From contig NC_045696.1 of the NCBI RefSeq assembly GCF_009834535.1, positions 42,162,001 through 42,226,000 on the forward strand: 64,000 bases of DNA. The letters run 5' to 3'. This document shows positions 26,390 through 39,300 of the stretch, piece by piece. Under the pieces are notes generated by a model that saw nothing but the letters and a program-made list of their open reading frames with translations, had not been told where the DNA came from and did not search any database. Position 1 is the first letter of the stretch; every line of letters starts with the position of its first letter. The position numbers and the translations under genes were made by a program. This DNA is from Camelus ferus (lineage: Eukaryota).

Positions 26390-26575
26390 AATAATATCTA
26401 TCATTTATTGAGCACCTACTATATACCAGATTTTTACATCATTTGCTCCATGTATATTATCTTTTATCTTCACACCAATCACTTGGTGTACATCTTGTTA
26501 CCTCTATTTTGCACACTAGTGCCTTAGGCTTAGGAAGCTTCAACAATTTGTTCTAGGTCAAGCTGAGCTCAGTAG
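26390..26575. mobile_element. MIR SINE fragment
   Basis: CATTTATTGAGCACCTACTAT...CTCTATTTTGCAC core motifs. Confidence 0.65.
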
Positions 26576-26744
26576 GCCACAAAGCCCCAAAAGGCATAAA
26601 ATGTGACATCAGAAACAGTTCACGTGCTGCAGGGAGTAAAAATGCAGGGTTGTTAAAATGTGTTTGAATTTAAGAGATCAGCAACTTAAAATAACCTCAT
26701 GTATACACCGATTGCTGTGTGCAGTGCAGGGGAATCTAGTCCAT

Positions 26745-28755
26745 AACTATGTAATATCTTTGCACTTGTCTACTTGTTTCATATGTCCCTTAACTACTTA
26801 CTGCAGATATAGATGATTTTACAACTTGTGTCTTTTCACCTTCCTACTAGCTTTATACATGGGTGATTTACTACCTTTACCTTATATTCCTTTACCAATG
26901 AGAGTTTTCCTTTCATAATTTTCGTGTTTCTAGTTGTGGACTTTTCTTTTTCACTTAGAGAATTTCCTTTAACATTTCTTGTAAAGCTGGTTTGGTGTGC
27001 TGATAGCAAGCAAAGCTGGGGTTTAGCTTTTTCTGCCCTGTAAAACTTTTCATCTCCCCATAAAATCTGATCGAAAGCCTTGCTGGGTAGAGTATTCTTG
27101 GTTAGGTTTTCCCCTTTCATCATTTCAAATATGTCATGCCACTCCCTTCTGGCCTGCAGAGTTTCTGTTGAAAAGTCAGCTGATAGCCTTATGGGAGTTC
27201 CCCGTGATGTAACTTGTTGCTTTTTCCTTTTTCTTTTAATATTCTTTAATTTTTGTCATTTAGACTACAGTGTGTCTTGGTGTGGTCCTCTTTGGGCTGA
27301 ACTTGTTTGGGGCTCTCTGTGCTTCCTGGACCAGGATGCCTGTTTCCTTTGGGGAAATTTTCAGCCATTATGTCTTCAAATACATTCTCTGCTCCTTTCC
27401 CTCTCTTCTTCTGGGATCCTTATAAGGTGAATGTTAGTATGCTTGATGTTGTCCTCATTTCTTGTTAGTTTTTTCTTTTTTCTGTTCAGCTTGAATGATT
27501 TCCATTACTCTGTCTTTCAGAGCACCAATCCCTTCCTCTGTATTATCTAACCTACTGTTGATTCCTTCTAGTGTATCTTCCAATTCAGTTACTGTATTCT
27601 TCTTTTCTGTTTGGTTCTTCTTTACATTTTCTAACTCTTTGCTAAAAATTTCTGACTTCTCACTCTGTTCATCCAATCTTCTTCCAAGTTCTTTGAGCAT
27701 CTTTACTCTCATTGTCTGGAACATTTTATTGGCTAGATTGTCTATCTCTACTTAGTTCTTTTGGGGTTTATCTTATTCCTTTGTTTTGAACATATTCCTC
27801 TGTTGCCTCATTTTACCTAATTTGCTGTTTTTATTTTTATGTATCTGATAGGTTGGTAATGTTTCCCCACTTTGGTGAAGTGGCCTTTCGTAGGAGACAT
27901 CCTATGCACCACAGCAATGTATGCTCTTCTGGTCACCAGAACTATATGCTCTAGTGGTCTCCCCTGTTCGGGTTGTGTGGGCCTTTCTGTTGTGGCGAGC
28001 TAGTACTGTGGATGTTCTGGTATGTGTGGCTAGCCCCTGGTCTGGTTGCTTGCCAGGTCCTGCCTTGTGTGGAGGTGACTGGCCGTTGGTGGGCAGGGTT
28101 GGGTCATGAGGCTGCTGGCTGCAGGGCACTGAGGTGTCCTAGGACTAGTGTTGGCCTGCTGGTGTGCAGGGTCAGTTCCTGACATGGCTGGCTGCACAGT
28201 CTGGGTTGCCCTAAAGCTGGAGTTAGCTCATTGGTTGGTGGGGCTGGATCCCAGGCTGACTGGCTGCGAGGCTCAATGTGTCCCAGAGCTGGTATTGGCA
28301 GGGTCAGTGTCCAGCGGGTCCTGGGGCTTTTGTTGGCCCACTGGTGGGTGGGACCAGGGCACAGGGGATCCTAGGGCTGGTGCATGCCCACTGGTGGGTG
28401 GAGCAGGGCCCCAGGGTCTCTGACTGCAGGGCTCTGGGTTTCCTGGCACTGGTGCTGACACCCTGGTATGTGGGGCCAGGTCCTGGGTGCTCTGGTGGGC
28501 AGGGCCAATCCTGGGGCAGCTGTGGGCTCCTGTTTGTGGGTTGCCCACCTGGGGAGGTGCGTGTGTGTGGTCTTAACTAGACCACATCTCTGTCTTCTTG
28601 TGGCTCCTTCTTTATATTTTTAGTTGTAGGTCTTGTCTGCTAGTCTTCCAGGTTTTCTCATCAATAGTTGCTCTGTAAATAGTTGCACTTTTGGTGTGCC
28701 TATGGGAGGAGGTGAACTCAGTTTCTTCCTACTCTACCACCCTGGCCACTCCTTC
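26745..28755 (-). mobile_element. Cetartiodactyl L1 5' UTR + ORF1 (no ORF2/3' end)
   Basis: ORF1 coiled-coil peptide (LKELGRRLDEQSEK..ELENVKKNQTE..LEGINSRL) at 27455-27724; GC-rich repetitive 5' UTR ~27900-28755. Confidence 0.9.
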
Positions 28756-29263
28756 AATAGTTTCAGATTCTAAATACCTGGTTCTCCCATTGATATTTTA
28801 AAAGTATGTGCCATCAAATACATCAGAGTCACTCTCTAGGAGTTTATACAGGGGGAGAAGAATATATCTTTTTCTCAAAGCATTCCTTCCTACCCAAAAG
28901 TTCTGGAGATTAGGAAACCCTCTAAAAGATTAAATAAAGAAAGTTGACAATATATATTTGTGAAGTATGTAAATATGTAGTCTTAGAAAGTCTTATAAGA
29001 AAATGAAACAGTTCTTTTGAGGGTTGATTCTCTTTAAAAATATAAATATGACCTTCAGGTTCTTGAGGTGGCTCTGGGTTTCCATGGCCAGGAGATTCTA
29101 CAAGGACTGAGGCTCACTGCTTAGACCTTGGGGACAGGGAGGACTGCCCCTCAGGGGCAATTCCTTTCTTAATATTTCTCTCTTCTTCTATTTCCAGTAT
29201 TTCTTTTCCTTTAACCCCTTCCCTGTTGATATTTTTGACCTAATCCCCACACTCTTTTTTTAG

Positions 29264-29407
29264 GCCCGCTCACTGTAATAATAAAATTTATAGCTCCCTC
29301 AGTTCTTGTGAATTGCAAACTTTGTAGCCTCAGATGTTACTGATTGTCAATGCTCAACACGATACTCTGACCTTACAGTCTCTTGAACGAATAGCTGATT
29401 AATATTG
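29264..29407 (+). pseudogene. Candidate 144-nt exon with stops in the frames examined
   Basis: CCTAAT branch site, CTCTTTTTTTAG| acceptor, TTG|GTAACT donor; length is a multiple of 3. Confidence 0.4.
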
Positions 29408-29768
29408 GTAACTCAGTATTCATTGATTCTGTGGCTCTGAGTTGCATTAAAATGTGTTGTCACACTGACTGATGATAAATGATGTCTGGTTCAAATCACT
29501 TCCCTGTAATCCTTAAATGCACCTCCACTCTTAGAAAGACAAGAGGTGGTTTGGATGATTCTACTACAGTAGCTTTGTAATAGGACTAGACTCTTCAGCT
29601 GCCTCTGCCTTGAGGAGGTACTGATATGCACTTGAACCAACTGTCTGCCAGACTTCAGGAGAAATGACAGATGGAAAGGGATCACTAGAAAAGATTATAT
29701 AGGAGGAAGGTCTTGGATCACTAATTGTTCTCTTAAACCTTGTGAGTAGTTTCCACAGAAGTCACCTT

Positions 29769-29781
29769 TGGTCAAAGGTCA
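29769..29781 (+). promoter_or_regulatory. DR1 nuclear-receptor-type element TGGTCA-A-AGGTCA
   Basis: Near-consensus HNF4/COUP-TF/RXR DR1 in unique sequence. Confidence 0.35.
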
Positions 29782-30173
29782 ATGAGGGGGGTGACTGGGA
29801 AACCTGTGTGGCCACTACCCCTAGTAAAGTCAAGTCCTGTCTTGGTCTTGTTGCCCAGTGAAGGACAAGGAGTGTGGCTTCGCTACTCATACACTACTGG
29901 GCTCTCTCAGGAAAGATGAAGTTAGGAGAGGGGCAGGGAGCCATCTTCTCTTGAGTACCTACTGTGTGCTCAGCATTGTCAAACGCCATCCATATGTTGT
30001 TTCATCTAGTTCTCACAAAAGCCCATTGATATGGGTATTATCTCCTTTTATAGAGAGGAAATAGATGCTTAGAATCACACCCAGGTCACACAGCTGGGAT
30101 GTGGCAACAATTAAAGCAGCTCTGAGCAACTCTGATGACAATGGTCCCACCACTGTTACTCTGGGGGTGTTTT

Positions 30174-30217
30174 ATTTTCTTTTTAAAAATTTTTTATTGA
30201 TTGTAATTGATTTACAA
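30174..30217 (-). mobile_element. 44-nt L1 tail-only insertion
   Basis: Perfect 14-bp TSD TCTGGGGGTGTTTT (30160-30173, 30218-30231) around polyT plus TTATTGATTGTAATTGATTTACAA. Confidence 0.8.
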
Positions 30218-30539
30218 TCTGGGGGTGTTTTCTGAAGGTAAGATAACACCCAGGCAGGACTAGCAGTTCCTTCTGACTTCTGGACATTCCTCTAGTCATG
30301 TGGTGATAGCTTTAAAAGTCAGTTTTTAAGTTCAAGGACAGTTAGGGGAAGTACAGAAAAAGGAGAATAGTTTCCATTTCTGATCTTAACACAGAGATTA
30401 GAATTTAGAGAGTTGTATGGTGAATTTCTCTTTATACTTTACTTATTTTTTCTCTTCATGCTTATTTTGAGAATGTTTTCAGTGAATACATATAGTACCT
30501 TTATATTCAGAAAAAAATACAGCTATGTGGATTTTCAAA

Positions 30540-31250
30540 AAACACAATTAAAAATGTTTAATTAGGTTTTAAGCTGTTGCAAGAAACCAAACTCTCTCAT
30601 ATACTACTAGATGGAGTTTTGAAATCACAATATTGACAGACGGAAATTTGACAACATATATATAAAGTCGTAAATACGAAATCTATTTGACACCAATTCC
30701 TCTTTTAGACATTAATTCTAAAGGAACACTGATATTGTGTGATAAATTTCTATCCTTTCCTACCCACCTTAGGCCAGCTCTCTTTCTCCTGTTTTGAAAT
30801 TAAATCTTTAAAATACTTTTAGTAAGATAATTAAATAGACCCTAGGAAAAACAAGACTATAATAGATGATAAAGAAAGCATGACAAATTAAAGGGGAGGG
30901 GATAGATTGTCAATAAATGATTAGAACACTTGGATATTTAAAACAAAAATGCATTTGAAGCCTACCTTTGTAGCACACATACAAATAACTTAGAAATATC
31001 TTAAAAAATTAAATGTAAAAATTTAAACTATAAAAAATATTAGAAGTATTAGTTAATCTCTGCCTACACTTTAGCTGAGAAAAGTAATTCTAAATATAAA
31101 GTCACTGATAAAATCACAAAGGAAAAGTATTTAGATTTCACTACATGTTAAAGTTTAAGACACAACTTCTAGAAAGACGATTTATGGGTAAAGAACACAT
31201 TGGGAAAAATATGAGACTGAATATGATAGATGAAGAGGTAAAAAGTTAAA
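30540..31250 (+). mobile_element. Old L1 (L1ME-like) ORF2 fragments
   Basis: A-rich degenerate L1 sense motifs (AAATGTAAAA..AAACTATAAAA; CACAAAGGAAAAG). Confidence 0.55.
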
Positions 31251-31398
31251 GACATTTCAGCTTTCATGAGAGAAATGGTAAGCAAAGCTTTATTTAATTC
31301 TCATATAAGTATGTGTTTAAGATGTGGCTCATTATTTCATCTGGCTGAGATTTTTTTGAGCTAATTGTCAACAACCCTTATTATTTTAAGTTGTACAG

Positions 31399-31443
31399 AT
31401 TTGATGCCCATGATATGAAGGTCCCCGTGGAAGTTCTTGATAA
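31399..31443 (+). pseudogene. Candidate 45-nt exon FDAHDMKVPVEVLD
   Basis: TTGTACAG| ... TAA|GTGGGT; symmetric phase 2, protein-like composition. A nearby 17-nt candidate lies at 31261-31277 (CAG|...|GTAAGC). Confidence 0.4.
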
Positions 31444-32074
31444 GTGGGTTAAGAGGCACAGAGCTGAGAGTGAGCCCTATGTCAAAGTTGCTAGAAAACT
31501 AACTCAAGTGGGCACAGATCCTGAACCTGGGGGTTTTAGCCATTCAACTGAAAGTTGTCACCATAAGCACTGACATGCAGCCCCCACTTATCAGGATTCA
31601 TGGAGATTATGAATATAGCATGTCTTGTGAAGTCTAGATATTCTATAGTCATGGGGGTCTCCTGCTCTTTCCTTAGCTGAATTTTCAAAAATGGAAATGA
31701 ACTCAATCTCCTATGACTTGTTCTTAGTGCATACATGGTGTCTTCTCGTGAGCCATCATTTCCCCTGTGTAACTTCACAAACCAGATGTTTCCTAATGTC
31801 TTTGATGAATATTTTCATTATCTGTCTAGAGTTTGTGGCCTCCAACTTCATTCCTCTTTTGGAAATGAGGACTGTTATTTGCTTTTCTTTGCTTGTTGGG
31901 CACAGCACCCGTCTCTGCATTTCCTTAAAGACTCTTAAGCTTCTTTCCCTTCCCATTCTTTCAAAATTAAAAAAAAAAAAAAAGGAAACATTGGTGAATT
32001 ACTAGTAAGTCCAAAGAATATTCTGTCTAAGCTTGCATGTTTCTAATGGGAACGATCATTTTGAAAGAAGTTAT

Positions 32075-32094
32075 TGTGTGTGTGTGTGTGTGTG
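32075..32094. repeat. (TG)n microsatellite
   Basis: Direct reading. Confidence 0.9.
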
Positions 32095-33699
32095 CTGGGG
32101 AAGGAGTTGGGAGACAAAGAAGGGCAGGATGGGGTGGGGGCAATGGCTTGCTTTTATTCTGCTATCGGTGTCTGGGGTCTAGAAAAGTGTTAGGGGAACA
32201 AAGCTCCATGAATGGAACACATGGAGGGAGAATTTTACTGGGTTGAGCTTTTCACTTTTTTCCTGCCTCTGATTATTGTTCGGTTGAGTATGGGCATTGA
32301 ATGGGGGATCTTAGAGAAGGGAAAAATATCAAGAATCTGCTGCCATCATAGGACTTCTTTCTATATTGTGAATCCTTGAGCATGTTGACTTCAAGACAAA
32401 TTCAAACAGAACCAAAATAAACTAATAAACAAACAACCCCCTGCCTCACCCCCAATAACCAATGGTGAGCTCAGAGGACAGATAGGATAAATAAAATCTT
32501 TAATGTTTAAGACCTCTGTTTTTGACAAAAATCATTACAGTTGAGGGTGCCACGGCCCAAAATTGAGAATGCCATAAAGTTTGGTAATTAACAATGTGGC
32601 TGTCCCCTCAATTAAAGTTTTCATCTTTAAGTGATCTATGAATAAAAAAAGAGCACATAGTTTGTATTTTTTGAAATGCCACCACATTATTATTATTTTT
32701 TTAGTGGCAGTGAAGTGCTGTTTCGCAGACTTGTACATTGTGAGGGTTCTTCTAAATTAAGCTCTGGGGTTTGCTATTTCAGGCTTCCTGCTCAGCAAGC
32801 TCCAGGCCTCGTGATACTACTTCTGCTCTGTTTACCAATAGTGTGAGTCAGGGCTTGTGGTTGTGGCACAGTCAGCCCCACAGCAGCTTTACCTCCTCTG
32901 ACTTAAGGGAAGGTACCGATGGACTGGAAGGGGAACTTGGCAGATTCAGTGGTCCTGAGACATTATCTGTGCATGGTAACATCTGTCCCAATGAAGTTTA
33001 GAAACTACAGGCTGAACTGTCCCTGGCTTCAGCCTGGAAGAAAGTTCCTCTTCATAAAGTATTTCTTTTGTGAAAATGCACGCAGTCATTACTTGACAGC
33101 TGAATTTTGGTGCTAGCTGCTTTCTTTGCCCACAACCTCCAACCTAGTCAGCGTATTGTCATCAGATTAATCTTTCCAAATCATGGTTCTGATGGTCAAG
33201 ACTGATGTCGACCCTTAATCACTGTCCTGATCTGGATTTGCTTCCTATCTAGAAAAGTGAAGAAGATAAAAAAAATCATATGCCTACTTTATAATCATTG
33301 GGCATTTTCTTGATGGGAAAAAAAGGTTTATATATAAATATTATTTCTTGGTAAATGAGCAGTTGCCTTTATAAGTCTTGGGGTGAGGGGTACCTGAACA
33401 GATACACAATTCATAAGGTAATTTTAAATTTTATTGAATTAAAATTTGTTGAAATTGTTTCAATATTTTCTAATTTGTCTTGAATTTTGGTACAGAAAGA
33501 ATTTCCCATATACTTCACAGTGTGTAGATTTATAAGCAAAGCAAGACTATTTGTACAACTAATGCTAAGTAAACTTAGTTTCTTCAATATTCTATAAAGT
33601 TATCTTGAAAGAGAGATCTGTTTCTAAAAAAATTAAAATTATTATAAAATCTCTTCAGTTGTGAGTTAGAGAGCTCACCAAATATTATATGTGTTTCTC

Positions 33700-33970
33700 T
33701 TTATTTCCTAGCCTCCTTTGGGGCCACGTGACTAATTCTGACCAGTGGATAGTAGAAAAGACACATGTCTCTTCTGGGCCAAGGCAAAGTGAGCCGCCAC
33801 ACACTCCAGCTGGTTAGGCACAAGATGGTGGAACCTCTGTCAGCCAGTGTTTCTTGGACACCCTGTGCAAGAGAGAATTCCACAGACCAGTGCTGGACGT
33901 GGAACTTGCATAAGAAGTAAACCTTTTGAGATCTGAGTTAACATAAACTAGCCTCTCCTAACTAACACAG
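33700..33970 (+). mobile_element. Old MLT1 (J/K-like) LTR
   Basis: GCCACGTGACTAATTCTGACCAGTGG...AAGTAAACC...CTAACTAACACA. Confidence 0.6.
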
Positions 33971-34624
33971 CAGTTAAACAAGTGTCAGGTACTCCTGCAA
34001 ATGTACTGAAACAAATGAAATATGAATTCCTTTCTCCTCCTCCAGTGTTTCTTGTGTTATGGGGACATCTGGCTCCTGTTGACTGCCAGTTGAGACATCA
34101 TGCTATTTCATCATGAAGTCTTGGTCCTGAGTGTTTTCTGAACTGAGGCTGAAGATGACCAAACCCTTCAACACTGTACCTTCCCTGCCTGGCAGGATCT
34201 TGGCTGTTGCTGGTCTACAGGGCAGGACCAATGCTAGGCTCCTGTTCCTCCCCTTGCTGCTGCAATCTTGTCATAGAAGCTGCCTGCGCCTGGCGTTCGA
34301 TCATGTGTAACAATAATCACGACTCTCTCTGGATTGAAAGTCATTGTGTTCTCTGAATGATTTCTTCAAAAAGTCTCAAATTTTAGCCTGACCTTCTGAA
34401 GTCTTATCACCTACCTTTCAAATCTTAGGTCTTATCACAGCCCTTCTGCAGTGTCTCACCTGGACTGCCTAGGTGTATTTGTCCTCCCCTACATCTTTTA
34501 GTCATGCCATTGCTTCTGTCTATACATCTTTCTTCCCTCTCTTTCAAGTCCTATCCAGTCTTCAAAGTGCAACTCAAGTTTCACTTGGTTTTAATACCTT
34601 CTCTGAACCATGCTAAACTTTCTA

Positions 34625-34950
34625 CAGATTCATTATCCCTTATCTTCAATTCTTAAATTCGGGAAGCTCTGGAAACTGAAAGCTTTTAAATAACTCATTT
34701 GGCAGCAAAACCTAGACTGATCTGAAATAGATTGGAGACAACCTTGAATTACACTGACTTGTCTTTACCTGTAGTTCTTATCTCATGTAGTGTGTATATT
34801 CATATTCTGATTGATTGTGATGTACTATCCTGGACCCCTCTGGGGTAATATCTAATACTACATATTACTGGTCTAAAATCTAAAATGATCTGAGTTCAGA
34901 AACTTACCTGCCCCTGGGGTTTTTGGTATTGCGATGTGGCTCTGTTACTG
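34625..34950. mobile_element. Tigger-like DNA transposon remnant
   Basis: CAGATTC..ATCCCTTATC..AATTC..AAGCTCTG terminus resembling TcMar-Tigger elements. Confidence 0.4.
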
Positions 34951-35157
34951 TCCTTGTGGAGAAACTACTGTATATCTCTGTTTTTAAAGTTTATGATCTA
35001 TCTGTAGATGCTTTCATAAAACTAACTTCTAGCATAGATTGGGATTCTTGATAACAAGAGTATTCCTTTATCAGTGTTTTGGGTCGAAATTTCCACAAAT
35101 CGTAAATTCAGTTGAACAAAGTATTCTCTTAAAACTGAATTTTGTTCTTACCGCAAG

Positions 35158-35186
35158 GCTCCATCTTCACCTGAAGAAAACATCAG
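35158..35186 (+). pseudogene. Candidate 29-nt exon APSSPEENI
   Basis: TTTTGTTCTTACCGCAAG| ... CAG|GTAAAT; phase 0 to 2. Confidence 0.55.
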
Positions 35187-35659
35187 GTAAATTCAGTTAA
35201 GTTAGTGATTGCTCAGTCATGTAAGGTTTTGACTCGGTTAGCTGAGGGAAATAAGCCTGAAATTCCTGCTCCAGGCATAGGGCCATCATTTGGCCACTTC
35301 CCATGATCCTCTTGGAGGCACAGGGAGCTTTTGGAGACTTCTCTGTGGCCCTTTGGGACCCAGTCTTCCTAAACTGTTTAACTCTACTGTTGTTGGATCA
35401 TATTGACAGTGGGGTAAGTGGATCGAAATCTGAACTAGGTTTGCTGTCTCCTCCATTGGCACGTGGGACATGAGGCCCAGCTTTCAGAATTCTCCAGACC
35501 TAATGGAACTTTGATCTTTCTTCCCTCCCCACTCCCAAGGGATTGGAAGTGGGCCAAAACAGTCGAAATGCCTGTGACATCTCTGATTTCAGAAAAATTA
35601 TTAATTAATGAAGTAACTAACATTTATTCTCCTCTTTGAGTGACCTGGTGAGAATTCTT

Positions 35660-35890
35660 CTTCTTTTTTTTTTATAACACCTTTATTTTGGCTTGATTCC
35701 TGTACAGTAAGCCACACATATTTCAGATGTACAATTCGATGAATTTTGATAGATGTAGACACACATGAAACCACCACCACAGTCAAGATAGCTAACATTT
35801 CCATCACTCCCCAACAGGTGAAAATTTCCTGTTCCCAGTTTATCCCTTCTCATCCCCTTTACCTCCTGATAACCATAGGTTTGTTCTTCC
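35660..35890 (-). mobile_element. L1 3' UTR fragments
   Basis: CACATATTTCAGATGTACAATTCGATG..; TGATAACCATAGGTTTGTT. Confidence 0.7.
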
Positions 35891-37213
35891 AAACTTTTTC
35901 AAGCAGAGAACTCTATTTTTGACATTTAAAAAAACACCTTTCACAAAGCTGTGGTTTATGATGTGGATTTACAAAAGTATCCTTTGAGGCTTGACTAGAA
36001 TGCTTTGTTCTCAGGCTGTGATTGTTTTGGCTCTGACCATGAGGAATTAATGTTATCTGACTCCTGGGGAAAGGCTAAAAGACAAAGAAGAGGTGGGGTG
36101 GGTGGGGATATATAGTTAATCTATTAGAATTTCATTCTATTACATGTGTACTCCCATTTGGTGTCATTCAAACATCAAACTGAAAAAAAAAACACCTCTT
36201 GTGTGAGGGTTAAAGTTTTATTTATCCCTACTTAAGTGGTTTTCAAACTGGTTTCCACAAGGGCATGGAGAAGGCTTTGAGAGGCAATTTCTCCCCCTAC
36301 CACCCCCATGCCAGCCTCAAACACATTACATCCATATTTAGTCAAAACCATTCAGTCTTTTATGTCTTTTATATATTGTAGATCTGTGCATGATTTAATT
36401 TAAATAGAGGGTACTGCTAATAAAGATACTTAAAAATCCTTTCTGTATCTAAGTAGGATTATACAAAAAGATTTTTCAAACACCAAGGTCCAGTTAGGAA
36501 TCTGTTTCACCTGTAATCAATCAGTGTTTAAGCAGAATCAGCTTTGACTTTTAGCTGTGAGTGAACATTTCAGGGAGAATCCTCTGACTCAGTGGAAAGG
36601 AGTGTCTCTGGTACTCGTGATGGTGCCTATATGTTTCAGGCTCTGAAAAGTTCAGTTTCAGGAGGCCTGGCAGTCAGCTTGCTCCCTGCCTGGCAGTAAA
36701 GACCTTGGCTGCTTGTTTATAGGGCCTAGGGCAGGACAGCTTTGTTTATCATTTTTACACAACTCTGAGGTTAGTAGTTTTATCTCCATTTTTTTAAAGG
36801 AGAAAGTTGAGCTTAGAGAGATGAAATAATTTTCCCAAAGATAATGAATTGCATATTCCCTTTCTATCTCTGATCTTTCCCATGCATCCTTATGGACCCA
36901 AAGCACTGACGTCTTCACTGAAACCAACACTGAAATGTACACCACTACCTGTCATGCCTCTCTGTCTTCCTCATGCTGGGTCCTCTGCCTGCAATGAGAA
37001 GAAATCTTATTCACTGGTCAATCTTTAATTAAGCCTCAGGATCCAGGTCACTGACCGGTTCCTTTCTCTGCTTAACCATTTCGTCTCTTGGAGGCACCCT
37101 CTCTTGTGTACCAGTAATACGTTGTGGACAGGTCACATCACTAGATGGTGAATCCTCAGTATGAAATGTGTCTGCTAGCTCACGTCTCACTCAGGGTCTA
37201 CTGATTCCATCAG

Positions 37214-37265
37214 AAGACAATCATTTCAGGAAATGAAGGAAAAGTAGAATATGGAGGAACCTGAG
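37214..37265 (+). pseudogene. Candidate 52-nt exon RQSFQEMKEK*NMEEPE (premature TAG 37245-37247)
   Basis: CTGATTCCATCAG| ... GAG|GTAACT; phase 2 to 0, bridging the flanking exons exactly. Confidence 0.55.
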
Positions 37266-37429
37266 GTAACTGCAGTATTCCTACTGTAGACCATCAAGGA
37301 ACTGCAGACGTTTTTCCTTCTTTAAAAAAAATTGTTTTCGCTACATTGAGACCAATGTGCTTGCATAAGAGGAGCTGGTGCCCAGGAATTCAAATGTCTA
37401 ATAGATTTCTCTTGTTTTCTAGGTGTGCT

Positions 37430-38175
37430 TTTTTAATAAAAAAATTATATGTAGGTAAATTTGAATAATGTGAAATTTATCATCTTACCTATTTTTAAGT
37501 GTACAGTTCAGGAAGTGTTGAGTATACTCACATTGTTATGCAGTCAACCTCCAGAACCTTTACATCTTGCAAAATTGAAATGAGATCCATTCAACAATTC
37601 CCTATTTCCCCTCCCCCAGCCCTGACAACCACCATTAGACTTTCAGTTTCTATCAGTTTGACTACTCTAAATACTTCATGTAAGTAGAACCATGCAGCAG
37701 TTGTCTTTCTGTGACTGGCTCATTTCACTTAGTGTAATGTCCCCAAGGTTCATTCATGTTGTAGCATGTGTCAGAATTCCCTTCCTTCTCAAGCCTGAAT
37801 AATATTCCATGGTATGTGTATGCCATATTTTGTTTCTCTATTCATCTGTAGATGGACACTTGGGTAGCTTCCACCCTTTGGCTGTTATGAACAATGCTAT
37901 TACGAACATGAGGGTGCAAATATCTCTTTTGAGATCCTGCTTTCAATTTTGGGGACGTATATACTTACAAGTGGGATTGCTACATCGTATGGTAGTTCTG
38001 TTTTTAATTTTTTGAGGAACTGCTTGTCTTCTGTAATGGCTGCACCATTTCACATTCCCACCAACAGGTCCCAGACGTTCCAGTTTCTCCACATCCTCTC
38101 CAACAGTAGTTATTTTGTTTTGTTTGTTTGGTTTTTAAATAGCAGTCATTCTAGTGGGTGTTCTAGGTGTGGTTT
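37430..38175 (-). mobile_element. L1MB-type 3' fragment
   Basis: AAATTTATCATCTT..TTTTAAGTGTACAGTTCAG; GATGGACACTTGGGT. Confidence 0.85.
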
Positions 38176-38539
38176 TGAATCAAGATAAACTCTAAAAGTT
38201 CAGTTAGATACTTTGCTCTATGGGCCTCTCTGACTTAAGGGTTACATATAATCCAAGGTTGACAATTATTGTCCTCTACTATTTTAATAAAAAAACAAGG
38301 TTCATAGAAAAAGCACAAATGAGTTAAAAAAAAAAAAAAAGCTAAAATCTTTATCCAAGCTAGTAGTGCCTGTGTGAAACCATGCAATTTGACCGCAAAA
38401 CCACAACCCATAACTACCCTCCTCCTGGAGGCATCTTCCCTTAGGTGTGGTCACAGTATCTAAGAGGAACTAAGCAGTTTCTAGGGTGTTAGCCTTAGAA
38501 ATCTGACTTTATAAGTTATTAGCAATGATCAAACTCCCC

Positions 38540-39300
38540 AACTAAACCAAGAGTTTCTGGGGGACAGGGGTTGTTCCAGTAAATTTTTGTATCTCCACAG
38601 TGCCTGGCATTGTGCAAGGCCTGTTGTAATTCATCGAAGAAATACATGTTGGATGCCCACTATGTACCACTGAGACATCCTGGGAGTCACTGATGATATA
38701 GCAGTGAATAACATAGACAAAAGTCTCTGCTCTCATGGACCTTAGAGTGGTGGGGATTGACTATAAACACATAGGTGTGTGGTAATAGGCATATATATTA
38801 TAGTGGGTATGTATACTAATGCTACAGAAAAAAAAAACAAAGCAGAAAGGGAGACTAGTAAGTAGCAAGAGGGGGGTGGTTGCAATTTCAGACTGGGTTC
38901 AAGGAAGGCTCACTGAGATATGGCATATGGCCAAATACCTAAAGGAAGGAAGGATGTGAGATATGCTGATTGCTTTCTAGGGGAAGGGTGTTCTAGGTAG
39001 AGAGAATGAGGGCAGAAAGCCCGAGGTAGGAGTCAGTTTGATGTGTTAGAGAACAGCAAGAGGACCAGCGTGTCTAGGGCAGAGTGGGTGGGAGGGAGGA
39101 GAAGTGGTCAAATGCGCAACAGGGGCCCAGATTGCACAGGGCCTTGTAGCCATTGAAAGTTCTTTGGTTTGGGCAGCCTTTGGGGAAGGGGCAGTATGTT
39201 CTGAGCAGAAGACTGACAAGATCTACTATACATTTTCATGGATTCTGGCTACTGAGTTGAGAGTTGGCTTGGGGCCAAGAGTGGAAGTAAACCCTCAAAA
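38540..39300. mobile_element. L2 3' fragments
   Basis: CACAGTGCCTGGCA; CAGTGAATAAC..AGACAAAAGTCTCTGCTCTCATGG; GGGCCTTGTAGCCATTG. Confidence 0.75.

Noticed and set aside
27902..28580. Multiple overlapping GC-rich ORFs / possible CpG-island promoter
   Set aside because: Repetitive L1 5' UTR, CpG-depleted
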